From: an uncultured Alphaproteobacteria bacterium
GTDB lineage: Bacteria > Pseudomonadota > Alphaproteobacteria > RF32 > CAG-239
Direction: 5' to 3'
DNA length: 64,000 nt
Assembly (NCBI GenBank): GCA_949282205.1
Contig: CASDOS010000059.1
Span: 6,135-70,134 of the forward strand
The translations under genes were made by a program, and so were the position numbers. This document shows, piece by piece, positions 48,970-56,962 of this stretch (the stretch's first letter is position 1; every line of letters begins with the position of its first letter). Under the pieces are notes generated by a model that saw nothing but the letters and a program-made list of their open reading frames with translations, was not told where the DNA came from and did no database searches.

Positions 48970-49566
48970 TTAACCGTTTCCTCTTTCTAAAAAATTATAG
49001 ATTGTAGTAACACTAACCCCCATCATTTTTGCAACTTGCGTTTTAGGAACACCTTTATTTAACAATCTGGCAATACTTTGTTCTCTTCCATCAAGAATAT
49101 GCTTTTTATTGCGACTGCCAAATTCCCGCCCAAGCTTTCGGCCACTGGCTCGGATTCGATGCAAAGCCTCTTTGGTTCGTTGACTGATGAGATTTCTCTC
49201 AATTTCAGCAGAGAGTGAAAAAGCAAATGCAAGAACTTTGCTTTGAATATCAACACCCAAACGATAGTTGTCTTTAATTGTCCAGACTTGAGATTCTTTT
49301 TTCATACAAATATTTAAAATTGTCATGATTTGTAAAAGGTTGCGTCCAAGGCGGGATATTTCAGAACAGATTAAGATATCTCCTTTTTTCAATTTTTTAA
49401 GAAGTTTTCCGAGTTTACGTTTTTCAAAATCTTTTGTACCACTGATTGTTTCCGTAATCCATTTGTCGATTGAAATGTGTTCTCTTTCGCAAAAAGTTTT
49501 GATTTCAAATTCTTGATTTTCCAATGTCTGTTTATCGGTGCTTACTCGTAAATATCCGTAAATCAT
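48970..49566 (-). CDS. Small serine recombinase (Hin/Gin/resolvase family DNA invertase)
   Basis: MIYGYLRVSTDKQ...ENQ catalytic N-terminus, C-terminal HTH (GVPKTQVAKMMGVSVTTIYNFL); 198 aa. Confidence 0.85.
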   Translation of the reverse strand: MIYGYLRVSTDKQTLENQEFEIKTFCEREHISIDKWITETISGTKDFEKRKLGKLLKKLKKGDILICSEISRLGRNLLQIMTILNICMKKESQVWTIKDNYRLGVDIQSKVLAFAFSLSAEIERNLISQRTKEALHRIRASGRKLGREFGSRNKKHILDGREQSIARLLNKGVPKTQVAKMMGVSVTTIYNFLERGNG

Positions 49567-49612
49567 ATCACTCTCCTAAAATTTAGATATAAAAAAAGTC
49601 CTCCAGCTATTG

Positions 49613-49813
49613 CTAACTGGAGGTACATATTTCATCATATATTATGTTATTCCTGTCAATTTGCCGAATTGTTTCCGGTGTGTCATGTTCATAGTCAGCA
49701 TAGACAGGTTCATATAAAAGGCAGTAATTACCGTTTATATTTGCCGTGCAGGCGGTTAATACACTCATTATCAGACAAGCTGTTGCGAGCTTTTTTAGCA
49801 ATTTTGAGAGCAT
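49613..49813 (-). CDS. o-spanin (Rz1-like outer-membrane lipoprotein)
   Basis: Lipobox LTAC; overlaps the i-spanin gene in a different frame. Confidence 0.55.
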   Translation of the reverse strand: MLSKLLKKLATACLIMSVLTACTANINGNYCLLYEPVYADYEHDTPETIRQIDRNNIIYDEICTSS

Positions 49814-49937
49814 TGTTTTCTCCTTTTAACTGTTCTTTTTCTGCGGTTTCCTTGGCGTGACGATAACCAAACAGATATAAAAAAAGAGCGAAGGCCGCAA
49901 AAACCACCGCTTTAAATTTCTTTAGAATTTCCATCAT
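49728..49937 (-). CDS. i-spanin (Rz-like: N-terminal TM + periplasmic coiled coil)
   Basis: TM AVVFAAFALFLYLF followed by a charged helical region; 86-nt out-of-frame overlap with the lipoprotein gene. Confidence 0.5.
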   Translation of the reverse strand: MMEILKKFKAVVFAAFALFLYLFGYRHAKETAEKEQLKGENNALKIAKKARNSLSDNECINRLHGKYKR

Positions 49938-50130
49938 CTTTTTTTCTCCTGCTCATTCCAATATCCCGCACGCCACTGATGCCAAGCATTATACCCAGAC
50001 TGGTCAGCAGTTGCTCCCAATCTACAAGTTCCACATCAAAATATGGTGCAATCACGCAGTTGTTGAGGAACCCATAACACAAAATCCAGCCAATCAGCGG
50101 AATCCATGAACGTTTATTTAATTTTGGCAT
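49912..50130 (-). CDS. Holin-like 2-TM protein
   Basis: 72 aa, two hydrophobic segments; position in the lysis cassette. Confidence 0.4.
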   Translation of the reverse strand: MPKLNKRSWIPLIGWILCYGFLNNCVIAPYFDVELVDWEQLLTSLGIMLGISGVRDIGMSRRKKDDGNSKEI

Positions 50131-50537
50131 AATTCAATCCCCTGTTGGATAAGCTCATCCGAATATGGCTGAATACCGTTTTCCATACGGATAACGGCTT
50201 TAATAAACACTGTCAGCACACCGCGTTCCTCAATATCTATAACCGTGTCCGGATAAACCCCGAGTTGTTTCGCAACCGACTGAATATAGGCGGTGGTTTG
50301 GTTTTCATTTGGCGGCGCATAGCGGCTGACAATCTGGCGAACCGTATTTAACCCATGGATTCGTTTGTAGTTTATCAGAACTTTTGCCAACGCCCGGATT
50401 CCATAGACCGGAGCCGTAAAAACACAAAAGGCGGAATCCATATTCCGCCCGTTTGGATTTAACCCCAGCCAGTTCGCTCCATGCCGTATGTTTCCCGGAT
50501 TATTGTTTCTTATGCCTCTTGGCAACTGCTGATTCAT
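50118..50537 (-). CDS. Phage protein with RGIRNNNPGNIR motif (annotated elsewhere as 'structural protein P5'-like); possible endolysin by position
   Basis: Motif recognised from prophage proteins; function uncertain. Confidence 0.35.
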   Translation of the reverse strand: MNQQLPRGIRNNNPGNIRHGANWLGLNPNGRNMDSAFCVFTAPVYGIRALAKVLINYKRIHGLNTVRQIVSRYAPPNENQTTAYIQSVAKQLGVYPDTVIDIEERGVLTVFIKAVIRMENGIQPYSDELIQQGIELCQN

Positions 50538-50730
50538 TGTGCAACTCCCATATCATTTCTCTTAATTCGTCAATTTTCAGCTCCAGACGGTTGATATGTA
50601 CCTGCGTAGCATATTCGCGCGCCACCTGAACCTTAAAATCGTTAAGTTCCTTGCGCATTTCGCCGAATTTATAAACCAGCCAGACAAACGCCGGAACACA
50701 GACGATCTGTAAAAACTGTAGCCAATCCAT
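50500..50730 (-). CDS. Small TM + coiled-coil phage protein (holin/antiholin-like)
   Basis: N-terminal TM VCVPAFVWLVYKF; 76 aa. Confidence 0.4.
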   Translation of the reverse strand: MDWLQFLQIVCVPAFVWLVYKFGEMRKELNDFKVQVAREYATQVHINRLELKIDELREMIWELHNESAVAKRHKKQ

Positions 50731-52955
50731 TATGTTTTGTAGACCTCCTCACTTTCATTGACACAGGATATCTCCACCGTGTCGCCGCGCGGACGTACAC
50801 CGATAACCTTTGCCATCATGGACATTTTACCTTTTGTTCCAAAGGCAAAATGCGTCCGTTCCCGGGCTGTACCGGTATAAATTTCAAAATCAGGCATTGT
50901 TGGCAGAACAGCTTCACTGTCTACCGCTCCACGAGTAGCAGGAAAAGCGCTGCTCATTGAACCGTCCGCCAGTCTGAAACTGATAAAATGTTCTTCGCCA
51001 GGTTTCCAAATCAAATTTTCGGAAAGTTTTAAAATATTGCCGATACCCGACAATACTTCGCCTCCTTGCCCCCATTCACACATATCGTGAACTATGCTGA
51101 TTAAATCACCATATGTCGGAATCAATCCCTCCAGTTCAGTCTGGAAAGTAATATATTTGCGGCGATAACGGTTGCAGGCACACATATAATATCCCTCGCG
51201 CTCGGCATGATCTTTGTCGGTACAGCCAAACAGATCCACATTAGCCGGATTTTCTTCTGTGCTGTCGGAAAGTTTGGTAACGACATCGTCATATTTCCAG
51301 TATTTATTGGAAAAATACTGCACTTTGACGCTGTCTGCCGTATCTTCAGACGGCATAATATATTCTATCGAAAAGCTGTCCTTAATAATATTCCGCGGCG
51401 TAAACATCGCTGTCGGTATGGTTTTGGGTTCATCACGGATAATCCGTACCATACCCGATTGTAAAATTGGTAGCGCTCGGCCACAACGTGCAACTTTGGA
51501 AACAGCTTCCCAGATGGTTGTGGCACTGTCAAAAATCCCGTCAAAATAATCGCCGCGGCTCTCCCAAACTTGATCTAACTGTTCCAATTCCATCAGATGA
51601 ATACGTTCATCCGGCAATCTGCCGCCGTATTGCGCTTTTAGAATATCGGCGATTGCCCAGGCAATGGAACGACTGGCAACAGGTTCACTCCAACCACTTT
51701 GACTATTCCATTTTCTAACCTTACGAGTAATAATGGCATTGATTTTACGGCTGGAGTTGGACGACAGATTGTTGGTTGCCCGCATTTTGATAGCCAGCAA
51801 TGTCATTTCGCCAAAAGTCGCAGGTGCTTCCATATGCCCTTTCAGGCTTTCCCAATATATGGAATGTGCCGCCCGGGCGCTGGTGTCTTTGACATCAAGT
51901 CTGGTTGTGCGAACCTCATAGCGTCCCATATCCACACTATAATTATAAGTGAGGCGGATGGGCTTATTTTGTGCCGCCGAATAAGTTTCCGTTCCAAGCA
52001 CGAACCAATCATCCACAGCATTACCTTCATCATCTATTGTTCTGGCCTCAATTTGCCACTGAATGGATTTTTCCGACAAACCGCCGCTGTCGTTGGCATA
52101 ATATAAACCGGCACTCATAACGACATCTATGCTGATTTTATTGATTTGCGTGTCTTCCGGATTAACGACAAAACCGCCGACATATTCATCTTTCAGCAAT
52201 TCTTGTCCGGCAATTTCCGGAGCCATAACGACATTGGGATTAAAAAGTGTCACTTCCCGATTCGGTTCGACAATTTCATACTCTACCTCGGCAAAACTGC
52301 TAATCGGCGTATCATCTATACGAATTTGTTCCACCTCACAGTACTCTTGGGTTAAGACATGCAACTGACATAAATACTGTTCATTGTCTTTATATTCGGT
52401 GTATGGTTTGGCGGCAAAGTCAGGATAAATAATGTGCCGGCCATATAAAACAGGAATGACACCGCCGAGTTTGGCCTGATTACCTTGGGCATTTAAGGAG
52501 TAAGTCGGGCTGGTTTCCAGAGAAGAAGAGGAATAAGACGAACTTAAACTGCTGGATGGAGACGGAATGACGGCATTGACCAACATTGAACCGCCAACGC
52601 TGACAGCCGTTGCCGCGGCCGCTCCGGCAAAAGCGCCGTACGCACCGGCAGCAATACCGCCGGTGTAATATGCCGCCACCATAACTGCCACCGACAAAAC
52701 CACCTTTAGAGGATTGGAACCTCCTCCGCCACCACCTTGCGGCAAGCAGAGAAAAGCAAGGTGGTCAGTCATTCTGGGGTTGATATTCCAATATTGCCGC
52801 AACAAAGGCTCACCATTAAAAAAACAGATAAACGGTAAATTTTGCGGACTGACGTTATATTCTGTGACAATTTCCACCACACTCATCTGTTTTGGACAAT
52901 AAAAAACCTCGCTATCCGCGAGGTTGAAAGGATTTTGTATTTTAACTATTTGCAT
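50730..52955 (-). CDS. Tail-tip protein: gpI-like N-terminus fused to a truncated gpJ-like host-specificity protein
   Basis: N-terminus matches the lambda gpI pattern (GGGG..., VLSVAV...GAAA..., IPVLYGR); the rest aligns to the gpJ N-terminal half (SIAWAIADIL.../ARCGRALPIL...). Confidence 0.7.
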   Translation of the reverse strand: MQIVKIQNPFNLADSEVFYCPKQMSVVEIVTEYNVSPQNLPFICFFNGEPLLRQYWNINPRMTDHLAFLCLPQGGGGGGSNPLKVVLSVAVMVAAYYTGGIAAGAYGAFAGAAAATAVSVGGSMLVNAVIPSPSSSLSSSYSSSSLETSPTYSLNAQGNQAKLGGVIPVLYGRHIIYPDFAAKPYTEYKDNEQYLCQLHVLTQEYCEVEQIRIDDTPISSFAEVEYEIVEPNREVTLFNPNVVMAPEIAGQELLKDEYVGGFVVNPEDTQINKISIDVVMSAGLYYANDSGGLSEKSIQWQIEARTIDDEGNAVDDWFVLGTETYSAAQNKPIRLTYNYSVDMGRYEVRTTRLDVKDTSARAAHSIYWESLKGHMEAPATFGEMTLLAIKMRATNNLSSNSSRKINAIITRKVRKWNSQSGWSEPVASRSIAWAIADILKAQYGGRLPDERIHLMELEQLDQVWESRGDYFDGIFDSATTIWEAVSKVARCGRALPILQSGMVRIIRDEPKTIPTAMFTPRNIIKDSFSIEYIMPSEDTADSVKVQYFSNKYWKYDDVVTKLSDSTEENPANVDLFGCTDKDHAEREGYYMCACNRYRRKYITFQTELEGLIPTYGDLISIVHDMCEWGQGGEVLSGIGNILKLSENLIWKPGEEHFISFRLADGSMSSAFPATRGAVDSEAVLPTMPDFEIYTGTARERTHFAFGTKGKMSMMAKVIGVRPRGDTVEISCVNESEEVYKT

Positions 52956-52968
52956 CTGTGTTCATTTG

Positions 52969-53985
52969 TTAAGAATGTTCTTCTAAAAGTAAAGAATTTT
53001 CTTTAGCAATCATTTCCGCCAGTTCTTCCTCTGTTGGTAAAACGGTTTTATATTTGCTGGCAAAAATCTGCTTGCTTTCATTAAGAACCGAATACTTGAC
53101 CATCGTTTCACTTTTATCGGTGCAGAGAATTATTCCGATTGTCGGATTATCATCCACACCACGTTTGAGACTGTCAAACATTCTGACATACATATCCATC
53201 TGTCCGATATCCGCATGCGTGAGCTTGGTTGTCTTCAGATCGACCACAACAAAACATTTCAAAATATAGTTGTAGAAAACCAAATCAGCGTAAAAATGGT
53301 CAGTTTCCGTACTGATACGTTGCTGTCTGGCCACAAAAGAAAAGCCTTTGCCTAATTCCAGCAAAAATTTCTGCAAATGCGTAATCAGCTCTTTTTCAAG
53401 CAGACTTTCCTTACCTTCCAGATTTTCAGGGATATTCAAAAATTCCAGAACATACGGATCTTTAATAAAGTTTTCAGTGGACTGACATACAGGAAGATTG
53501 TTTGAAACATCAACAGTTTTCTGTGTAGACAGTAGCCGATGATAATAACCTGATTTAATATTACGTTCCAATACGCGGGATGACCAATTTTCCGCGCTGG
53601 CTTCTTTTAAATAATAGTCTCTTTCTTGAGTATTATCCAAACGCATAATTAAACGAATGTTGGTCCACGAAAGATTCGTTACGCAGTGCGTATCAAATTC
53701 AGGAAAAGTCTGATAAAAAGTTCTCATATTTCTTAGATTAGCCTCAGAGAAACCTTTGCCAAAGGAATCTGTTAAATAACGGGAAAGGCTTTCAATCAAT
53801 TTATCTCCATATTCCGCTCGAGTTTTGCCATTTTGTTCTTCTTCAACAATTCGCCGACCGATTTTCCAATAAGTTTCAACCATAATAGAATTGACGGTGC
53901 GATAAGCATTGGAACGGGCTTGAGTCAGCAATTCTGCAATATCAGCAAAAAACGGCATATTTTGTGTGGATATTTCTGTTGTCAT
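52969..53985 (-). CDS. DUF1016/YhcG-type PD-(D/E)xK nuclease (moron in the tail module)
   Basis: C-terminal VVDLKTTKLTHADIGQMDMYV PD-ExK core; occupies the slot between the K-like and I/J-like genes. Confidence 0.65.
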   Translation of the reverse strand: MTTEISTQNMPFFADIAELLTQARSNAYRTVNSIMVETYWKIGRRIVEEEQNGKTRAEYGDKLIESLSRYLTDSFGKGFSEANLRNMRTFYQTFPEFDTHCVTNLSWTNIRLIMRLDNTQERDYYLKEASAENWSSRVLERNIKSGYYHRLLSTQKTVDVSNNLPVCQSTENFIKDPYVLEFLNIPENLEGKESLLEKELITHLQKFLLELGKGFSFVARQQRISTETDHFYADLVFYNYILKCFVVVDLKTTKLTHADIGQMDMYVRMFDSLKRGVDDNPTIGIILCTDKSETMVKYSVLNESKQIFASKYKTVLPTEEELAEMIAKENSLLLEEHS

Positions 53986-54041
53986 CTGGATACCTCTCTT
54001 TTATTGTGTCCCTAGCAAACAATGAGTTGAAAGTCAAGATT

Positions 54042-54431
54042 TTAGGTTTCTTCATACTCCAAAATCTCCATAATCTGCCAGCCGTTCATTTTAAGTTCCG
54101 GCAGTTTTTGAAATACCACGCCGACACCCTGCATATTATGCAAAATACCGCCGCCGTCAGCTTCACAGTATACACCGACATGACAAGGATATTTATTCTG
54201 GGTTAAAATGACAATATTTTTATCCTTAAAATCAGAAGTTTCTTTTAAGTGGTTATAATTAGATGATTTTCTGAACTCTGATAAAACATCGCGCAGATTT
54301 GTTGCATCGGCAACAATTGGCGACAACTCTATCCGAAGTTCATTTTTATAAACATCCCGAACCAAGCCCCAACAGTCATAATCGCCGTTAATCCAAGACT
54401 TTCCGATATATTTGACAGCCCAATGTTTCAT
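54042..54431 (-). CDS. Tail assembly protein gpK-like (NlpC/P60 / JAB-type)
   Basis: GDYDCWGLVRDVY start is typical of lambda K homologs. Confidence 0.7.
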   Translation of the reverse strand: MKHWAVKYIGKSWINGDYDCWGLVRDVYKNELRIELSPIVADATNLRDVLSEFRKSSNYNHLKETSDFKDKNIVILTQNKYPCHVGVYCEADGGGILHNMQGVGVVFQKLPELKMNGWQIMEILEYEET

Positions 54432-54432
54432 T

Positions 54433-54957
54433 TTAGCTTACTAACCCCATAAATTTTGATAAACGATAAGTTTCATTTGGAAACGTTTTGTTACCGATAT
54501 CGGTCATTCTGGCCTTGGCTGTGATTTTGTAAACATCGCCGCTGACTTCTGTAACTGTCAGGCTGACCGGTGGTATCATCTGTGGTGTTTCCAAATCTGT
54601 TGATAGATACGGCCGGTAAATCAGCTCGGTTTTATGTTGCGAGGAGGCGGCACTATCTAAATGCTTGATAATTTCCCGGCTGACATTGTCAATTTCCACT
54701 GTGATTTCAGGCACTGCCGAAGTATCCACCGGTGGCAGTTCCAAATTAAAGCACATTGCGAAAAACTCGACTTTTTCACCGTTTTCAAGCTTGGCCGTGA
54801 TATTTTTGAATCCCTGAACCAGACGGATAGTAGTTGGATTTCCGTCATCATCCATAAAATCCGGATGTTTTATTTCTAATGTATGATAGATAAACACATC
54901 GCTTGGGCATGAAGCATAAGCTTCTTTGATTGCCTCCTGCAAAACATCATTTGGCAT
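54433..54957 (-). CDS. Minor tail protein gpL-like
   Basis: Position and N-terminal similarity to lambda L. Confidence 0.55.
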   Translation of the reverse strand: MPNDVLQEAIKEAYASCPSDVFIYHTLEIKHPDFMDDDGNPTTIRLVQGFKNITAKLENGEKVEFFAMCFNLELPPVDTSAVPEITVEIDNVSREIIKHLDSAASSQHKTELIYRPYLSTDLETPQMIPPVSLTVTEVSGDVYKITAKARMTDIGNKTFPNETYRLSKFMGLVS

Positions 54958-54966
54958 TTTGTTCTC

Positions 54967-56466
54967 CTAATAACCGACAGCAAACCATGAAACATAACCC
55001 TGTCTGGCACCATCACTGTCTGAATCTCTATAGCGGATTTTAAAAGACTGTGCTGTAATGGAAACAGCAACCGCCAGATAATTAAAATCAGATGTGGGAC
55101 TCGACGGCTGGTTGTAAGGAGTAAGCAGAACAGCAATCGGCGCTGTTGTAAAAGCCAAAGGAAATGTCACGGAAAAATCTGAATTTGCATTGACATTAAC
55201 ACGGCCGCCCTGTTTAATTAAGCCGGTTGCAAGATTTTTTTCATACCACGAGGTGCTGCTTTTTGATGATTGAAAAATTTTGGAATTAAAAGCAGAAACT
55301 GAAATATTGCTTAAAGAAACGTCAAGTTTATTAGTCAAACCGCTGCGTAAAACCGATGTATCCTCTTCTGACAGTGGACGACTGATATCGGCGCACTTTA
55401 TATATACCAGCTCATAATATGATTTTGGTCTCGTTTCTGCTCCAAAGCGCGGTGTACCGTTTTTTCCGTCCGTTTTGGGATCAAGAACATACATATTTGT
55501 CCCATCTTTTTGCAGTCCCTCATCTGCGCCGGAACTGGTCATAATAGCGGCACCATCGCCTGAACCATACGTATCCGTACGTATTTGGTTGGAATGATAG
55601 TGTCCCTGAAATTGGTCGTTTAAAACCGAACCGGTATTATCAGTCGTCCCGCTTCTGGCATAGTTCAGCAACAACGGCAAAATAACAGTATCATTGTCCA
55701 CTTTGACATAGGATGCGCACATACCGTAGCTTTCAACCTGGCTGTCATATGTCGCTTCATCAACAAACACTAAATAATCTGTGTCAACCAACTGAGTAAA
55801 AAAATCAGGATATCTGGCGCGGGTAATGGTGTTTTTGTACCACACCGGCTCGTAACCGTCCGGAACTTTTTTGTTCGCCGGAACAGACAGGCGGGAACCG
55901 AGCGGCGCAGGCGCACAGGATTCTGCATAATATTTTGCCTGATTGGCTTGGGCTTGAGCCAACGCAACCTGATTTTTACCTTCGGCTTTAACATTGGCAA
56001 CCTGCGTATTCCCGGCTGAATTAACCGCATTGACTTGTGTCTCGCCGTTATTCTGTATTATTGAAACCTGCGTTGTGCTTTCATTTTGAATAGTTGAAAC
56101 AGCTGTATCGGTGGCCGATGAGATGTCGTTGAAAATCTGGTTTGCCTGATTCTTTATATTTAAAGTATCTTCTTTTAACTTTTCAACATCCGATTTTATG
56201 GTATTTGTCTCTGATTTAATTTGTTCTGTTGAATTTTGGGCTGCAATCGCCGCATCCCGGGCATTCTCTGCTTCTGCAACCACATCCGACACACCACCGG
56301 TTATGGCCGTGCGGATGTCTTTGAGTTGTTTGGCAACGGTCGGAACATCGCCGCTTTCCACAGAAACATTCGTATTTTCATCACCGTGAACGATAGCGTG
56401 CCACTTTTCACCATCACTTTCGGCCTGAACAACAACGGCTTCCAGCCTTTCTTCCATATTAGCCAT
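54967..56466 (-). CDS. Putative tail fiber/receptor-binding protein (coiled-coil N-terminal half)
   Basis: Inserted between the M-like and L-like genes; T/Q/N-rich coiled-coil segment. Confidence 0.35.
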   Translation of the reverse strand: MANMEERLEAVVVQAESDGEKWHAIVHGDENTNVSVESGDVPTVAKQLKDIRTAITGGVSDVVAEAENARDAAIAAQNSTEQIKSETNTIKSDVEKLKEDTLNIKNQANQIFNDISSATDTAVSTIQNESTTQVSIIQNNGETQVNAVNSAGNTQVANVKAEGKNQVALAQAQANQAKYYAESCAPAPLGSRLSVPANKKVPDGYEPVWYKNTITRARYPDFFTQLVDTDYLVFVDEATYDSQVESYGMCASYVKVDNDTVILPLLLNYARSGTTDNTGSVLNDQFQGHYHSNQIRTDTYGSGDGAAIMTSSGADEGLQKDGTNMYVLDPKTDGKNGTPRFGAETRPKSYYELVYIKCADISRPLSEEDTSVLRSGLTNKLDVSLSNISVSAFNSKIFQSSKSSTSWYEKNLATGLIKQGGRVNVNANSDFSVTFPLAFTTAPIAVLLTPYNQPSSPTSDFNYLAVAVSITAQSFKIRYRDSDSDGARQGYVSWFAVGY

Positions 56467-56948
56467 TACAAATTCTCCAACTGTTTAAAGCAGGTTATAT
56501 TTACATATTTATGAAAAAGGTCTCCTGAACGGGACAATTTATCAAAATCATTGGAAAGCAGGATGTCTAAAGCCCCCTCTGACAGGGTAGGGCGCTCTCG
56601 TATTTCCAATTCCGATGTTATCACCCACAAAATTCCGTTTTGTAATTTAGCGGTAAACTGTTGGGTAAACCTTGCTTCCTGCTCAATCAGACCCAACCCG
56701 CCTAAAAGAGGAATAACAAACCACTCAGCCCCTTCTTTGGCATGATACTTATACCAAGCCTCAAAGAGAGAAAACTGCGAAGCGTTCATAAACCATTTGA
56801 CGGTAATCCGGCTCGGAACTGAATCAAAACGTCGCCGTTGCCGCGCCGTTCCGGATTCCATCTGGGTGCGGATAATCGCTTCATTGGGGGTAATGGAATA
56901 TTCCTCTACCAGAGGCAAAGGAAGCAAATCCGGAAATTTTGTTGCCAT
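56466..56948 (-). CDS. Minor tail protein gpM-like
   Basis: Position after the tape measure; W/F-rich core resembles M. Confidence 0.45.
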   Translation of the reverse strand: MATKFPDLLPLPLVEEYSITPNEAIIRTQMESGTARQRRRFDSVPSRITVKWFMNASQFSLFEAWYKYHAKEGAEWFVIPLLGGLGLIEQEARFTQQFTAKLQNGILWVITSELEIRERPTLSEGALDILLSNDFDKLSRSGDLFHKYVNITCFKQLENL

Positions 56949-56962
56949 AGAGTATCCTCTGA

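Noticed and set aside
51207-52368. Several 60-135-aa plus-strand ORFs inside the I/J tail-tip gene
   Set aside because: Antisense to a homology-supported 741-aa CDS.
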